NCBI GenBank assembly: GCA_003427395.1
Contig: BFEA01000037.1
Coordinates: forward strand, 3,943,196-4,007,195
Length of the DNA stretch: 64,000 nucleotides
DNA from: Chara braunii
Taxonomy: Eukaryota; Plantae; Charophyceae
Direction of reading: 5' to 3'
Every line of letters begins with the position of its first letter. Positions within the stretch are counted from its first letter, which is position 1. A program made the position numbers and the translations under genes. Below the pieces are notes generated by a model. The model was not told where the DNA came from, ran no database searches, and saw only the letters and a program-made list of their open reading frames with translations. This document shows, piece after piece, positions 36,224-50,600 of this stretch.

Positions 36224-39200
36224 TTCCGCGCCCAGCAAGGCCTTGTCCTTACAGTTTGGGGAGCAACAGGCAACCAGCCGCTTCCTGGCGGCTTCCGGCA
36301 TCTCAGTACTTGCATACCTTAGCATCAGTCAGACAATCACCAACTTTGAGAAATCCAACAGAGAGTGGACATGTCCTACCACCTGTGTTCACCGTCCGAT
36401 CATCATGATGATCTGTTTGACTGAATTCTGAAGCACAATGCACATAAGGTAGGGATGATTCCCTGTTCACAAAAAGTGGTTACATCGCACCTCCAGCAGT
36501 AGTTGTCCCGTGCTTGAAGGAGAGCTGACCATAATCCATGCGCATTTTCTCTGGGCACCTTCTTTTCTGGTCTCAACTTCGTGAACATGAACCAGGGCAG
36601 CCCCCTGGCAGAGTGCCAACTCGATACCGGACCATACCTGCTCAAAATGTGTTCCAGTTGTCTAAGTGTGCGCCAACTTTCCGGGTGCATTGTCTCTTGG
36701 TATGTTCAAGCCTGACCAACTCTATGTAGTGCAGTGCACATGGACCACTTCCAAACAACATCCGAATGTCAACTCCAATCCAGACCAACCTCGTCTCCAG
36801 GTCGTGGACATTAAACCATCCAGACCTTCAGCTTCGGTCTGCACTTGTTCACTCTGGAACTTCTTGGGTGCTTCTCGACTCTTTTCTATCCTTTAGCATG
36901 CTCTGCAGAACCGTACTCCTCAGCTATGAAAACTTTCTTACCATGAAAAAGAGAAACCAAATGCCAATCAACCCGGCAAAACCAGTGATCATTATCGGTA
37001 CGAAATGCCTGCCACCACAGACACTCCCAAGGGGGAAGTTTGCTGCTATAACTGTCTGTGTCCACATAGGGAGCTTTCTCCCTAATCAGGAGAACAAGAC
37101 ATCTGCAGGCTAAGCAATATGATCTCCTGGCTAGTAATTCTGAGAACCACAGGGCATGTCCACCTGAGTATTCTCTAGTGTTCTCACAGCCTCAACAGAC
37201 CTGGAACTTCTCTGACTTCAGACTTGAGAGATCAGAGACTGAGAACAGAGAAACTCATTTGCTACTCTTGTCCCTGCATCAATATTCCTATTCCGGAGAG
37301 CGACCCACAAAACCGTGCTGGGGCTCCACAACCTGCTCTTCGTCAACAACATCGCTTCATGTCCTCCTGCTACCCCTCCCGCCAAGGCTACAATTTACTC
37401 CACAATCATGCCACACTTGGATCTAGGATTGTTATTACCACACATTCTAATTCTATATCGACTTTCCACATAGGCCACCACTGCAACAATCTGGATCAGC
37501 AAGAAGACATGTCACAGCCTACCTAACTGACGATTGATGAAGACCAACCGTCAACAATGGTGTCTTCCTGCATTCCACAACTATGAAATCGAGAGTCCAT
37601 GCCACAACCAAAGTCCTGGGTGTGATACCACGAAGATAGAATGTGGACGAACATGGTAGAATCAGATGGCATCATCTGGAAGTGTTTCATCTGCCTGGCA
37701 ACCGAAAGATGAGATGTGCATATAAATTAGGAAATGGGGATTACAACGATAGGCAATGCCAGCGAAATAGGAGTGGAGGGTAACAGCGCACCAGACCTCA
37801 GACCTCATAGTCACCGATGAACACAATCATGTGTGTTCCTAAGCACCTCCTGAATCTGTCTGGAGTCTGGACTGAAAACAGGATATTTCAGGATGCCTGG
37901 TTTAAAATCGAACAGCATCCATCATGAAAGAACCTGTGCGACATGTATGGCACAAAACAAATGCCTACAGTTTCTACTCAACAAAACAAGAGTTTATACA
38001 AACCATTTCCCATGCCGTTCACCCCCCAAAAGCCCTTTTGATCACAGGAGATTTCCTGCACAGGCATCCATCCGTGCTTTGTACAATCAAGAGCAAACGA
38101 ACTAACTACTGCTTACCCATCCTCTAAAAGGACTTTTGCATAATCGGACTGTGGCAAGGCACACCACCGCATCAGGAATCATTTGACGCTATCATTCCCA
38201 AAATTGAAGAAATTCACGGGACAAACAATGTTGATCAGCAGATATGCCCCTTTGAGCCTCTGACAGAACCTTTGAACTTGCACTGAGCGATATGGCGCAT
38301 CCAAAATGTCACCACTTCCATTTTTCTAAGACTACAGGTGGTGTACCAAGACCTCACCTTCATCCACCTGTGCTCTTCAATGGACAAGCATCCTGGGTGC
38401 CATTGCTCGTTGAACAGATGAAGACCTCCAGATAACGTCCTCCACGACGAAACAGGGGCAGTGGCAGAAAAAATAGACCTCCGCTCAGAAACAGGGGAGA
38501 CGCAATCAATCAAAGGATAGAGAGGGAAGAAAGAGAAAAAGAAACAAAAGGGAAGCAAAAGCGTGGAAGAGGGACGGAGAGAGAGAAAGATACTGGGGAG
38601 CGCGGGAGCCAGAGAGTCGAAGAGAAATGAAAAAGCAGGAAGACAGAGCATAGGAAGGACAGGGTAGGGCTGTCTGAGGTTGGTTCAAACTTGACAGTCA
38701 TGAGCAGAAATAGACCAGAAGGTGCAGCTTCGGAAGCACAACAAGTAACATGTTGCTCAGTCTCATTCTTGGAAAACAGGGAACAATACGTCAGCGGTTG
38801 ACATTCAAAGATATACCATAAATTTTGTCAACTTCACACCCATGCTTTCCAAAATAGGGACCCTCTTGAACCCCTGCACCCTCCCCCCCCCCCCCCCCCC
38901 GAGTCCCCCTCTCCTGGTGCCATCGAGCGCCCCCCACCCCCACCCCTCCTCACTGCCCTTACTCGCTGAGTCATACAACATACAGGGTGTGGAGCCGCGT
39001 CAAAGTTCGATTAACAGGTCAAAACGATTCACGTGCACATTAACAATCCAGCAGCGAAACAACCAACTTCTCACTGCATCGGCCAGAATTCACACCAGCC
39101 TAGATAACCTTATAACACCCAGCCCATAGAGAGCTCTCAAAAGCACTTCGATAACTCGAATGCATTGCGCACATGCCCTGCTGCTCATTTTGCAAAGCAA

Positions 39201-39594
39201 GTTGCCAAACATGTCCTTCCATATAGGTTGGAGACCAGCAGAGGACAACTTCCGATGACAAGCCTGCAAATGATTTGTTCATGAGCTACTCTCTGACCGC
39301 ACCCCCCCTCCTCCCCTCCCCCCCCAAAACCAGGCATACTAGCCCCCTTTTGCTCAATGCCTCTTTCCTACACTCAACCTCCTGTATCCACACACATACA
39401 CACACACACACACACATACACGAATCTTCTCGTGCGCTGGTGGACGACCTCCCCAGGGAAGCTGCAGATTCAAGAAAAACCTGGCCATTGTGTAAAACAA
39501 TACACGCATCCCGAATAACATCAGCCTCCAAGCAATGGCCACAGTATCTATCCAGAACCCGAATTGTTCCGACCTTCATGGAGTCTGCCAAAAA

Positions 39595-40035
39595 TGACTT
39601 GAATGCCTGCCATGATGCTAGAATGGGATGATCTCACAGCTTGATCTGGGACGAGCCAAAGATGCAGAAGATGTGCAAGAAGGACGAGCATCAGCCCCGC
39701 CAAACTGACTTGAATGCCTGCCATGATGCTAGAATGAGATAATCTCACAGCTTGATCCGAGACAAGAGCCAAAGATGCAGAAGATGTGCAAGAAGGACGA
39801 GCATAAGGCCCCGCCAAACTGACTTGAATGCCTGCCATGATGCTAGAATGGGATAATCTCACAGCTTGATCTGGGACAAGAGCCAGAGATGCAGAAGATG
39901 TGTAAGAAGGACGAGCATACGGCCACCAAACTGACTTGAATGCCTGCCATGATGCTAGAATGGGATAATCTCACAGCTTGATCTGGGGCAAGAGTCAGGG
40001 ATGCAGAAGATGTGCAAGAAGGACGAGCATAAGCC
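39595..40035. repeat. ~113-bp minisatellite x4
   Basis: tgacttgaatgcctgccatgatgctagaatg starts near 39595, 39706, 39820, 39932. Confidence 0.95.
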
Positions 40036-40907
40036 CAGGGTATCTCACCACCTTCACACATTATTGCTTGTAATCGTTGTGACCCCTGAATGCTCACCTT
40101 CCTCACATGCACCACGACTGCCATGGAAGAAAAGTATCGATGGCATCTTTAGCAGAAAAGCTCAAGATTTGCAGCATCTAGACCGAAGGAAACCCTGCTT
40201 CAGCCAATGCTTCTTTGCACCAATGTTTACTGGTCACACGTCAGTAGCTTTACAGTTCAGGAGCAGTGAGTCAATCCCATCATCGCAGTTCTTGCACAAT
40301 ATCTTGGAGAAACATGTCTCTGCTTAAAACAGACTCCCCAGTTGCACTCCATATGTAGACGGAAAAGCTTTGATGCAGAACTACAGACGTCCTTGATACC
40401 AACATACCTCAGAAAACCTTGTGATCTGCGAAAGACTTTCCCTGTCAGACAAGTGCAGCACATCTGATCTGATTGGTGAATGTACTTAGCTCCAGATCTA
40501 GAATGGAATGCTGTGCCGGCAAGGTGTCCTTCCAAGAACTCCCATCAGCCGCTCCCCAGGCCCAATCCTTCTCCTCTTGCCATGCATGATGCACATTAGT
40601 CTGTGTAAGGGTTCTCTCCGGCCCGCTGTTATGTCCCAGTAAACACACTAGCTTCACTCAACTAGTAGGAGGTTAAAGATAAGCCAACTCCGGTGCGCCA
40701 TGACAGCACATTTCCTCACCTCACCATCGTCCACCACGCCCTGCAACGTGGACTTCTGATTGCTCCTCATGCATGTGATCTCCCTTTGCTCTGAAAAGAG
40801 CACGAAATACAATCCCTGCACATTACCAGCTTGCCCAATCACATTGCCCTTTGCCATTGCTCTGTCAGCCTCAAGGCATGAGGTCACTACAGCCATTCAG
40901 TGACCTT

Positions 40908-40956
<49 letters not shown>

Positions 40957-41174
40957 CCAAAAGACAAGCACATTTCCGTGCCTCCAACCCGCCGACCTTG
41001 TCACTATCACTTACTGGCAGGCTTGCCCACTGTGACAAACATACATCCAGGCACTCAAAGATGATTGTCCTGGCCATGCACAATTTTACTCCCCTTGACA
41101 TTTTGCAGAAGTGGCACCTGAAGATAACAAGAATGTTCTCTGATCTCATACCCTGCATGCAAGATATCCAACAA

Positions 41175-41828
41175 TCAATAGCCCGGCCCACCAGGGTGGG
41201 AACCAGGATACTGGGGCAACCAATTCCGCTCTGCCATAGGTGGCAGCTTTCTTCCCAAGCCCCGGTCTCCCAGAAAGGTGTCCCCACTGTAGTGCTGAAC
41301 ACTATGAGAATAGACGGCATCGTATCTCCGCAAGTCATCTTGCCGGTATAGTCCCTGAGCTGTGTGACCTGAGTCCATAAAGCTGCCCTGTCTATTCTGG
41401 AGGAGTCTCTCTGTCGCAGCTGCTCTCTCTGCAGCAATTGCCCTCTCTGCTCTCTCTGCTCTCTCTGCTCTCTCCGCTCTCTCAGCCCTTTCTCTAGCGG
41501 CTGCCCTCTCAGCTGCTGCCTTCTCAGCTGCCAACGCCCGTTCTGCAGCCGCCGCTCTTTCTGCAGCTGCTACTGCCCTTGCTTCTTCAGCAGCCCGCAT
41601 TGCCTCTTTAGCGATAACCTCAGCACGGACAGCAGCAACCTCTACTGCCTTTCTGCGCAGTTCAGTCTCAGACATCATAATACCTGTGGGCGCAATCTTC
41701 CCATGAGAATCATAGGACAAGTCCCTGCCTCTGCTTATCCCAGTCACAGGCAAAATAGATACCCTGGTGTGATCATTCTGTCGCCGTGAACCTGGGAGTC
41801 CACTGTGTGAATCGTCGAGGTATGGATC
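41175..41828 (-). CDS. Probable terminal exon of a large low-complexity host protein; Ala/Glu/Arg coiled-coil (AERA repeats)
   Basis: Long open frame, tgcag|GAT acceptor in phase 0 matching the phase-0 donor at 47850, stop at 41175. Confidence 0.65.
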   Translation of the reverse strand, partial: DPYLDDSHSGLPGSRRQNDHTRVSILPVTGISRGRDLSYDSHGKIAPTGIMMSETELRRKAVEVAAVRAEVIAKEAMRAAEEARAVAAAERAAAAERALAAEKAAAERAAARERAERAERAERAERAERAIAAERAAATERLLQNRQGSFMDSGHTAQGLYRQDDLRRYDAVYSHSVQHYSGDTFLGDRGLGRKLPPMAERNWLPQYPGSHPGGPGY

Positions 41829-42326
41829 CTGCATCCAGCATACAATTCAAGAAAACCCCACCCTAGAAATAAGTCTCACCCGGAGGCAACCCCGTGGTAA
41901 CACCACGTTACTATCTGGGCTTCCAAAGCCCAATCTGCCGATAGGATCAGATTCGGAGTACGGTCTGCAATTTCCATCACAACGGTCATGGAGCACGCAC
42001 GCACAGACAGACTAGACTACTTCAGGTCGAACATAGTTGCATTAGTTCACTTCCACCGGGCAGAAGCGCACAAAGCCATCTCACCCTCTGCAACAGTCCG
42101 ACCTGGACATGCTCCGATTCCATGGTTGGTGGCTTGCTGCATTCAACGTCCCACGGCATAACTGGAGTGGTCTTTAGTCGTAGTGGGAGATAGCCTTACG
42201 CTCTCACAATCCACGACATCCAGACAACAGCTTGGTTAGAATGTGTATGCCACAACGTTCTACCATAACAGAAACTGACTCCCTCCCACCCCCCTACGGA
42301 TCTTCTTCTCTGGGGCCTCCAGAGAT

Positions 42327-42543
42327 GCCAGCAAGTACAAACCATCAATGACAAGCTAAGGAGCAGGCTCAGGGAAATATGCACAAATATGATGACCTGC
42401 CAGCAAGTACAACTCATCAATGACAAGCTAAGGAGCAGGCTCGTGGGAATATGCACAAATATGATGACCTGCCAGCAAGCACAAATCATCAATGACAAGC
42501 TCAGGAGCACGCTCGTGGGAATATGCACAAATATGATGACCTG
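42327..42543. repeat. ~72-bp minisatellite x3
   Basis: gccagcaag.acaa..catcaatgacaagct.aggagca repeats. Confidence 0.9.
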
Positions 42544-42889
42544 CATGTACTTCTCCTGAGGAGGAGGGGCAGGGAAGGGGGGGGAAGGAGTTGTACAAGG
42601 GATGTTGCCATGGGGAGACAAAAGATTCACTCCAGTGATACAGAGAACTGCCAAGCTAGCTTAGGTGACACGGCCACAGTGATATTTAGGGCACAATGTC
42701 TCAGGTGCGCATGTATCGTTGTCAACCCGTGCACTCCAATGTGATGTCACATTCAATCAGTTCTGCGCATAGAGTCCAATTGGACTCCATGCCCATGATT
42801 ACCGTGCCACCAGGCACTGACTTGCTAATGCCAAGACCAGCAACAACGCAGCATTGCTCAAATTCCAACCGAATGATATGTATGCCTTG

Positions 42890-43100
42890 TTTATGCACAA
42901 GTCTCCAAGATCCCACCAAAAGAGTTGACACTGCTCACAAGGTCGGCCTAAGGCACTATATGCCCCTCCAAGCACCCACAAAAAGAGCCAATGTGGCTCG
43001 CAAAGCACGGCTAAGGCACTATATGCACCGCTCCAAGCTCCAACCAAAAGAGTCGACGTCACTCACAAAGCAGGCCTAAGGGATATACTATGCATGCCTT
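42890..43100. repeat. Degenerate ~65-bp repeat x3
   Basis: ctccaag..ccc.c.aaaagag...ctaagg recurs. Confidence 0.75.
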
Positions 43101-44619
43101 CTTCCAAGTCCCTCTTCATAAGAGCATCCCTATCATGTTGTGTGTTTGGTTCCAGCTGAAGCACCACATCATCAGGTGTTATTATGAGGTGACTGCGCCC
43201 GCACATGGGGACGATTAGCATATCCCGCTTGATAGTACACTGTGAAAGAAGGTTCAGCTGCTTGCATGATTCGGCCATGGCCAGGAAAGTAACGAAGCCA
43301 CTAATCACCACAGGATAGGTTCACCACCCTATCATTTAAGGCAGCATGTTCAGTGCACGCCCAAGGAAGGTGGTAACCAAACAGAAAGCATGGCCTCCAT
43401 ATGCGGTTGAGATTTGACATTGCTATACCCCACATCGCCCTCAATACGTTATAGCCTAATCATAAATGCGTCAGCAGCTCCAGCCTCCATCCATGATTTG
43501 CATATTCTCTCCTTCCTTTTACACTGAGCCAAACTACTGGAATGATACCAGCCAAAGGCATTAAAGAAAAGGAACTGCCTGAGATTTGCCTGTACTAGTA
43601 GCCAGACACAGCATAGACTCTGTTCTCCCTTCGTCATGGTGTAATGGTTGCAATCACCATTCCAGTTCCTTAAGTTCATTGACTCCGCGCTTTTGTGTCA
43701 GTGCCAGCTGGGCAACTGAAACCATTTTTTTACAGGAAAGGAATTGGAGACGGTGCACATCTATCAATGACGGTTGTCATTGTGCGTAAATAACTTGGCT
43801 GATATAGTTGGATGGCAGAACAAATGAACAAAGCATGAACGAGAGACCACGGTGTGATGTGGAGTTTGGGGTCCTCGGCCCCTCTCCGTTTCCCCCCTGC
43901 TTCTTCTCCAACGTGTGGGCGGTTAGACCAGGATTTTCGACACTGCCGAGCCAGATTTAATCTGGGGGCGGAGGGCTGTGGGGGGAGGCTTTGGGTCATG
44001 AACGGGTGGGGTCAGGCACAGTGCTTGCACCCTCGTCGCCCCCCAGCGCTGTGGAGGCATGTCTCCCCACCCCAAACGGGGGGCCGGATGCGGCCGTGGG
44101 AGTCGCACTGGCCATGGCCTTCGCAACTTCGATTTTTTTTGTACTTGCTCTGATCTGTTTCTGTCCGGGTTGATGACCCCCTTCCCCTCTGGGTAGGGCG
44201 TCGGTCCAGTCAGAGCAGCGCCGTGTTGGAGAACTCTTGGCAAACGAATATCTTGGCCCTCGCCACGACGAAGAGAGCAGCGAAATGCGATACTCAATGT
44301 TAATTGCAGAAATCCGTGTGCCATCCATAGCTTCTGCCAAGGGCACTCCCGCCTGAGCGTCACTAGATTCCTGACAACCTCACCACCTTCGATTTTGAAG
44401 TGTGGTGGGGTCCGTGGTCGTGGCTTCCCTCGCTCCCAATTTGGAGAGCGTCAGTAGCCTGAAGTTGAAGGGAAATGGAAGACATTCCGAGCAGGCATGT
44501 GGTGGGGCTGCAGCCCAGAGGGGGCCGTTTCGCTCCCCCCTGTTGTTGCCGTACAAAAACGGCACGTTCGACGCTGTCTCTGGTTTGTGTACTCTTTCTC
44601 TCCCATCGGTCAAAGTTGG

Positions 44620-45170
44620 GAGGGCAATTCGGGTTATCGTTTGAGTTGTAGAGGTAGGTCGGCCTTCCATTTTCATCTCAGGTTGCCTTTCGACGGACAG
44701 ACTCGTCCTTGGACAGGTAAAGCTTCATGGTCCAGAAGTGCAGAGGCATCCAGTTCGAAGTGGTAGAAACAGTATGTCTGCCATTCCGACATCCACACTG
44801 CACTTTCATCTCTTGCCTTGCTCCAAAAAAAATAATAAACATTCTTGAATGTATCTGCATCCACCTCAGAGGCCTTTGGTCTTCCAAGAGATGGATTCAT
44901 CTCCCCTTTGCCTCTTCCAAGTCAACTTTGTGCACTGTTGCCTCTCAAAGGACGACCATAATGCTCGCCTTTCTGTCAGTGTCTGCCCTCCCATTTCTTA
45001 CTCTGTTTTCACTGTGTGCTAAATTCAAGTCAATACCATTCTGATCCCCGTGGATCCACACGCACGGGCAACCTAAGAGGCGCAAATCCATCCACAGGCT
45101 CCTCACAACTGAGAATACGGAAAAGCTAGACTTAAGGCAACCCAAGGCATAAAGCTATCGACATGTTCTT
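44620..45170 (-). mobile_element. Decayed 3' fragment of an RTE-like non-LTR retrotransposon
   Basis: Minus-strand remnants VDSF..LGC (cf. FxYLG) and, ~450 nt later, PSKGNLR*KW (cf. RPxGRPRxRW), spaced as in RTE/CR1 RT C-termini. Heavily frameshifted. Confidence 0.45.
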
Positions 45171-45336
45171 TAGCGCAACATCTCAGACAGCCTTATGCAC
45201 AAAAATTTACAAAAACACTGACTGCCCAGCACATATCTCTACCCACCGAACCAAAGGGTTGCATCTTTCGAATTCCATGCTGCAAGGTTGGATGCTTCAG
45301 GAGGGTTTGCAGACCAATGAATGGCTTATGCTACTT

Positions 45337-45457
45337 AATTTCCAAATGGAGAGCCAGCACGTAACGTGCTAAATACTCAGGCGACACTGCTGGTCCAAAT
45401 TCCAAATGGAGAGCCAGCACGTAACGTGCTGAATACTCAGGCGACACTGCTGGTCCA
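45337..45457. repeat. 60-bp near-perfect tandem duplication
   Basis: ttccaaatggagagccagcacgtaacgtgct.aatactcaggcgacactgctggtcca twice. Confidence 0.95.
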
Positions 45458-47850
45458 CACACCGACCATCCTCGCCTGGTTGCCAATGTGATAAATCCAC
45501 AGGCTACAATGCTGTCTCAAGAGCATTGCACGTAGCCTTGCCCAATGGCAATGACAGGCAATGTACCAGAAGTTGCTTCGAACAGCATCATAACATGGCC
45601 TGCTGTGCTAAATGCACAGAATGCCAAGCTGGCCCCAAGGAGCTGCACGATATCCTCCCCTGCACCAAATCCACCCCAAGTTCTCCATCTGATGGGCCAA
45701 CCTTAAGCAGGGATTCACACGGCCATCAGAGGGGGGGCACTTACCAAGCAACTGAATGGGAGGGGGGTCCACACACGGTCTGATGGGCTAAACACTTCAA
45801 GATGATACTGACCATCTCATGGATTCACAAATTGTTCAACACAATAACGCTGACGGCTACCCACTTACAAACGGTGGGAGATCATTTGGGAGGGGGGTCC
45901 ACACACGACTCCACAGCAAAGCCTCTCTCGAGGGGTCTGAGAGAACAGATCATTATTAAAGGGACGAGGAGGGGATCTTGGCAAGAACATGGTCCATTGC
46001 AAATGGATTCCCACAACTCTTCAAAGGAGCACTGAAGTAGCTTAACGAGGGGAAAAGTAGAGGCACGACAGCAAACATCTCTTCCCAACAAATAATTATT
46101 TGCAACGCCACAGATAGCAGCTTCCTATCTTGTTCCTCCAGATTTTCGTACGGAACTTGTCTTGCAGTGGGCATCCCATACATGTTAGATGCACAAAATT
46201 GACAGAAGTCGACAGAACGATTTTTTTCAAACTGGGAGAGTGCACGGAAACTACTCCCTTTGTGCGAGCTCAAGAGCAACAGGCCTCTGTAGCATAAGGA
46301 TCTGCTGACACATTGCCATCAGACCCAAACTGGGGCCGTTACAAACCTACTAGGAGTCTAGAGCAAAGAATCGTATTACTACTGCTAATGCTGTCAGCCA
46401 CTACCTGCCTGGTTGACTATGATGGCCTCTGCCACCTGTCACAATCCGAAGTACTAATCTGCTGTACAGCATAAAGCATTGTCTTGCTTCTACAGCCAGT
46501 GATCCTTATTCATTTCGAAACTGATGTTGTCTCAGTTCCTGCCAATGCCATCGTTACTCTGGCTGTGCCTGCAGCTCCGTTGACTCCTCTACTTCTGATC
46601 CTGCTCATTCTCACTGTCCTGTTGCTCCTGCTGCACTTGCTGCTACTGCTGCAGTCACCACCATGTGACTCGCTGCTGATACTGTTGTCACCACCACTCT
46701 TGCGACCGTAAATGTCAATTACGTTGCCGCAACTTCAAATTTCATCAATCCTTCCGCAACGGCCATTCCTGCCACAGGAACCAGAGCACCAGCAGTGGGA
46801 CTTCGTGATCGCACAAGGTAATGGTACTCCCTTTTGCTGCAACCACTGGTCCACTTTAAGCAACCGAGAACCTTCCCTTCTTTAGCAACGCTCCACAATC
46901 GTTACTGTTCCACTCCAGCAAATTACCCTGCGGTTCCTGCCACTGCTGCTGGTGCAGCCACTCCTACAACTACATGTGCAGTTTATGCTGATCCTGTCAT
47001 TGAAGCCACTGATGATTCTGAATAAACGGCCGCACAAGCTTGCTCGTCAATTGCCAACTCTGATACCTCGGCCATGCAAACGAGTTGTAGACGAGACAAA
47101 AACAAAAATCGCAGCTGTCGGGTAGAGACAGAAACTTCCACACTTGACGGGCATGGACGAGCCAAATCTTCCAGCACGGAGCAAAAATGGAAAACAACGA
47201 ACCGTAACAAAGGCTGACCAGCAGCTGTCCAGTTGGAAAGCACAGGTATCTGGCCAAAAAGGCGAGGCATGCGTAGAAAGAGAATTGTCGACCAGGCAGC
47301 AAGGGAGCATCTTGGTTCCTGATGGTGGGACAGGAAGCCTCCTCCATGTGCAAGGTTTCAATGGCTCGAGGAGTCAGAGAGAATCCACATTCCGGAGTGA
47401 CCAAACAACCTCTCATGGTAGAGTCTTCACCCATCCTGACAATGTGCCAGGCAGATTTATCACAGTTCCACGCCTCTCCTCTCCCCTCGCAAATGGTCGT
47501 CTAACAGTCGCATTTGCCAAAGGCCCTACTCAATTCACTGGAGGCTCCGCGGACCACGCCATTCACGTTTGGCAAGTCTTTGGATCTCAAATTCAAAAGT
47601 CGGATCTACGAGTACAGACTTTTTAATCAAAGAAAGCACCATGGACAGAAAACTGCCGAGCATAGCACCCCACTGGCTGAGGCCGGGGGGAGTTCTTTTG
47701 TAGGCGGAGGGGAGCCAGGATGGCGACACAGAGAGAGAGAGAGAGAGGGAGGGAGGGAGGGCAAGACACACATGTACATACAAACTGAGGGATTACGAAC
47801 CTCCACGCAATGCAGACAAACACTGAACACAGCAGCCCAATCATCATTAC

Positions 47851-49954
47851 CTCGTGGTCAGCTCTCCCTGATAGCGTGTTTAGCCCAGCACACTGATTGT
47901 TGGATTTCACAAATCTCCTGTTTTCGGCAACCTCTCCACGATGGTCGGATCCTCCACTGAGTCCACCTGCAGTGCGGAATCGTTTCCTACTGTAATCGTC
48001 CGCAGCCCCGCCTCCCCAATTTAACTCACGTTCATCATCTGCTAATTTCCGGTCCACCAGTTTCTCGTCTTCCCAGTTTCTCTTTGGGGTGCTTCTGCTT
48101 CCATTATGCACATCCCCTCCTCCTCCTCCTCCTCCTCCTCCTCCTCCTCCTCCTCCTCCCCCTTTGCTACTAGAGAAGTTGTAGTTGCGGTTGTCAAGCA
48201 ACTCCACTCGACTCAGGGAATCCTGGTATGCCCAGCTTCGGGATGCAGCTGGGGGCTCACGTCGACTAGAAGATGAATGCCACTCTGCAAAGCGCCCCGG
48301 CACTGCGGCTGACTTCTCGGACGACCAGTCGTCCATGCGGCTGCCCGTCCCCGGCTTGTCATACCAGTCGCTGACGCCCGCCGCTTTTTGGCTGCCATAC
48401 TCTCTGACAGTCGCAGTTGAGGATCGCTCATTCCAATCCCTCTCTCTTTCCCTTCCTCCCCCTGGCTTCTCCGCCTCCTTTATCTTCGATTTTGGTGAAA
48501 TTGCTCCCTCCCTCTCGCTCCAATCCCTCGATCTCTCCCTCAGAGGCACGGGTGCACTAGCGGGAGGTGCCCCCCAATCTCTCGAAGCCAAAGGCTTGTC
48601 CGACCAGCTGCCTCTCGTCGACTCCCTCACATTCTCCCCTCCCGCTCCTCCTCCCCATGCTCCTCGAGCCGTATTCTTCTCTGGCCACTTTTCGGAAGGT
48701 GCTAAATCTCTACCGCTGCCAGCCGTTGATCTTTCCCTGGATTCCCAGTCCCTCGAGGTCCTGTCCTTCTCTCTTCCTCCAGCAACCTTAACAACCGCCG
48801 CCGTCCGGCCTTTCGCTACCCCACCTCTGTTCATCCATAGCCTGGACGTCGTTGGTCTCTCCTCCGACCTCGATCTCTTCTTCCCTCCGCCGCCTGAGGG
48901 GTAATACCCCTCAACATCCCGGGAGAGGCCCACATGAAGATCATCGTAGGAATCTGTGAGAGACGGTTTCTTTCTCCCCCCAAGAGAAAGAGAGCGCCCA
49001 TCGGCTCCGTACCTCGAGCGCGCGCCTGCAGAGTGGCCTCTTCCAGCATCGTCACCTTTCCCTCCTTTACACGTCTGAGAACGAGAAGAGGGACCAAGCT
49101 CCCGAAGGCTTCGTCCTCCTTCGCGAGAGGAGGGCAGAGAACTGCCCGACAACTTGTTCGGATACGTCAAGCCACTGGAAAAGGACATACCCCCACCCCC
49201 ACCCCCTCCCCCTCCCCCTCGTCCTACGAGAGATCTTCCACCCACGCCGTCTTCGTCCGAACGCAACGAGTGCTTGCCTTTCTTCTCGTTGTATCCTACT
49301 GCCCTCATATCGAACCCGCTTGGCGCTTTGCTCTTCTCAAGCCCTTCTCCGCTCCTCTCCCCTGCGCCTCTTCCTCCCCGAGAAGTGGAACGCACTTTGG
49401 TGTAAGAATTACCGGCTCTGCTATTGACACCCATCCCGCCCAAAGGACTGATCGACTTGCGCGGGACCACTCCCCCCCCNCCNCCNCCNCCNCCNCCCCN
49501 CCNGGNTNCNCCCCCCCCCCCCATGCCACCTCTCACGGGAATCGCTGACTCCACACCTGATCCGAGGCGGGCGAATACAGTCTTCCCGCCGACATCCTTG
49601 CCCGCTGACGGCAGCACAATTCTGTCGAAGACATTGCCGCCGCTGCCCTGGTGCCGACTGCGCCCCGGCTCCGCAGCCCCATCGCCCTGGCGGCGGGTAC
49701 TCTCCCAATCTGCGCGAGAGGATGCTCGACTCGCTCCTTTCGTGCCGGCGGTGCGATCGTCGCCAGAGTTCCGCACCTTGGAAGCAACATAACCACCGCC
49801 CACAGCATTGCTTTCCCTCTCCCCTGCCGACCGCACATCATGACCCGCTGTAGATCTTCTCCCCTCCACGTCCTTCGATGGTCTGTCATCCTTGTCAAGG
49901 TCGGGACTCCTCTCCGTCGGATGCCCGGTCCTCCCTGCCAGCTTTTCCCCAGAC
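47851..49954 (-). CDS. Large (~2.1 kb) internal exon; Gly/Ser/Arg-rich disordered protein region
   Basis: Core of the 780-aa ORF, bounded by ttgtgcag| acceptor and GAG|gtaatg donor. Poly-Gly runs and recurring R-D-W motifs. Confidence 0.75.
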
Positions 49955-50213
49955 CTGCACAACAACCACTTTCTTAATTATGTAATGAAGAAATGAAGAA
50001 ATGACAACACCCACCCCATTCACTCCATGACCGTGATCCCCGTCCCACTCTTAGAACATCCATCGACTAATATACCACTCGCGCAAACCCCGCCGTCAAT
50101 CAAACATTTCCTCCCAACAATCCCACGCGTGCACATCGAGCAAAATCCATACAAATAAAAACCACCCACATCGACCAATGTCTCCCTCCGCCCCCCTTCC
50201 TAAACCAAAGTCC

Positions 50214-50245
<32 letters not shown>

Positions 50246-50281
50246 CCCCCTAAACATCTTTCCTTCCCCACCAAAGTTCGC

Positions 50282-50600
50282 CTGATCATTCCGGAGTCGC
50301 GAAGGAACTGACACAATCCGGTCGTCATTTCCCCTAATTTCTTCTCTTATCTTACTGCTGCTTGGACACGGCCTGCTTCGGCTTGAGATGCTTCTGCTCT
50401 CGTCCACAACGACCAGCCGCTTGTTCGCTCTTCTACTCCTCTTCTCCCTTCTTATTCTTCTCCGTCCGTCATCCTGTTTAGCTTCTCCTAGTTTATCCCA
50501 GTTTAAACCATTTCCAGGTTGCTGCGCTGGTGTTGCTGCTGTCCCTGCCCATCCTCCCTCCTCCTCAAGACAGTAATCGTTCTCCAAGAGCCACAATTCA
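50282..50600 (-). CDS. Possible upstream exon of the same gene
   Basis: Purine-rich open frame. Splice sites and phase not resolved. Confidence 0.3.

Noticed and set aside
34900-38450. Possible highly decayed transposon coding sequence
   Set aside because: No diagnostic motif recoverable by eye; left unannotated.
46700-47626. Plus-strand 160-aa ORF and coding-like stretch inside the host intron
   Set aside because: No recognisable domain or splice structure; may be a TE remnant.
48185-49548. Long plus-strand ORFs (also 56102-56872)
   Set aside because: Antisense shadows of GC-rich minus-strand exons.
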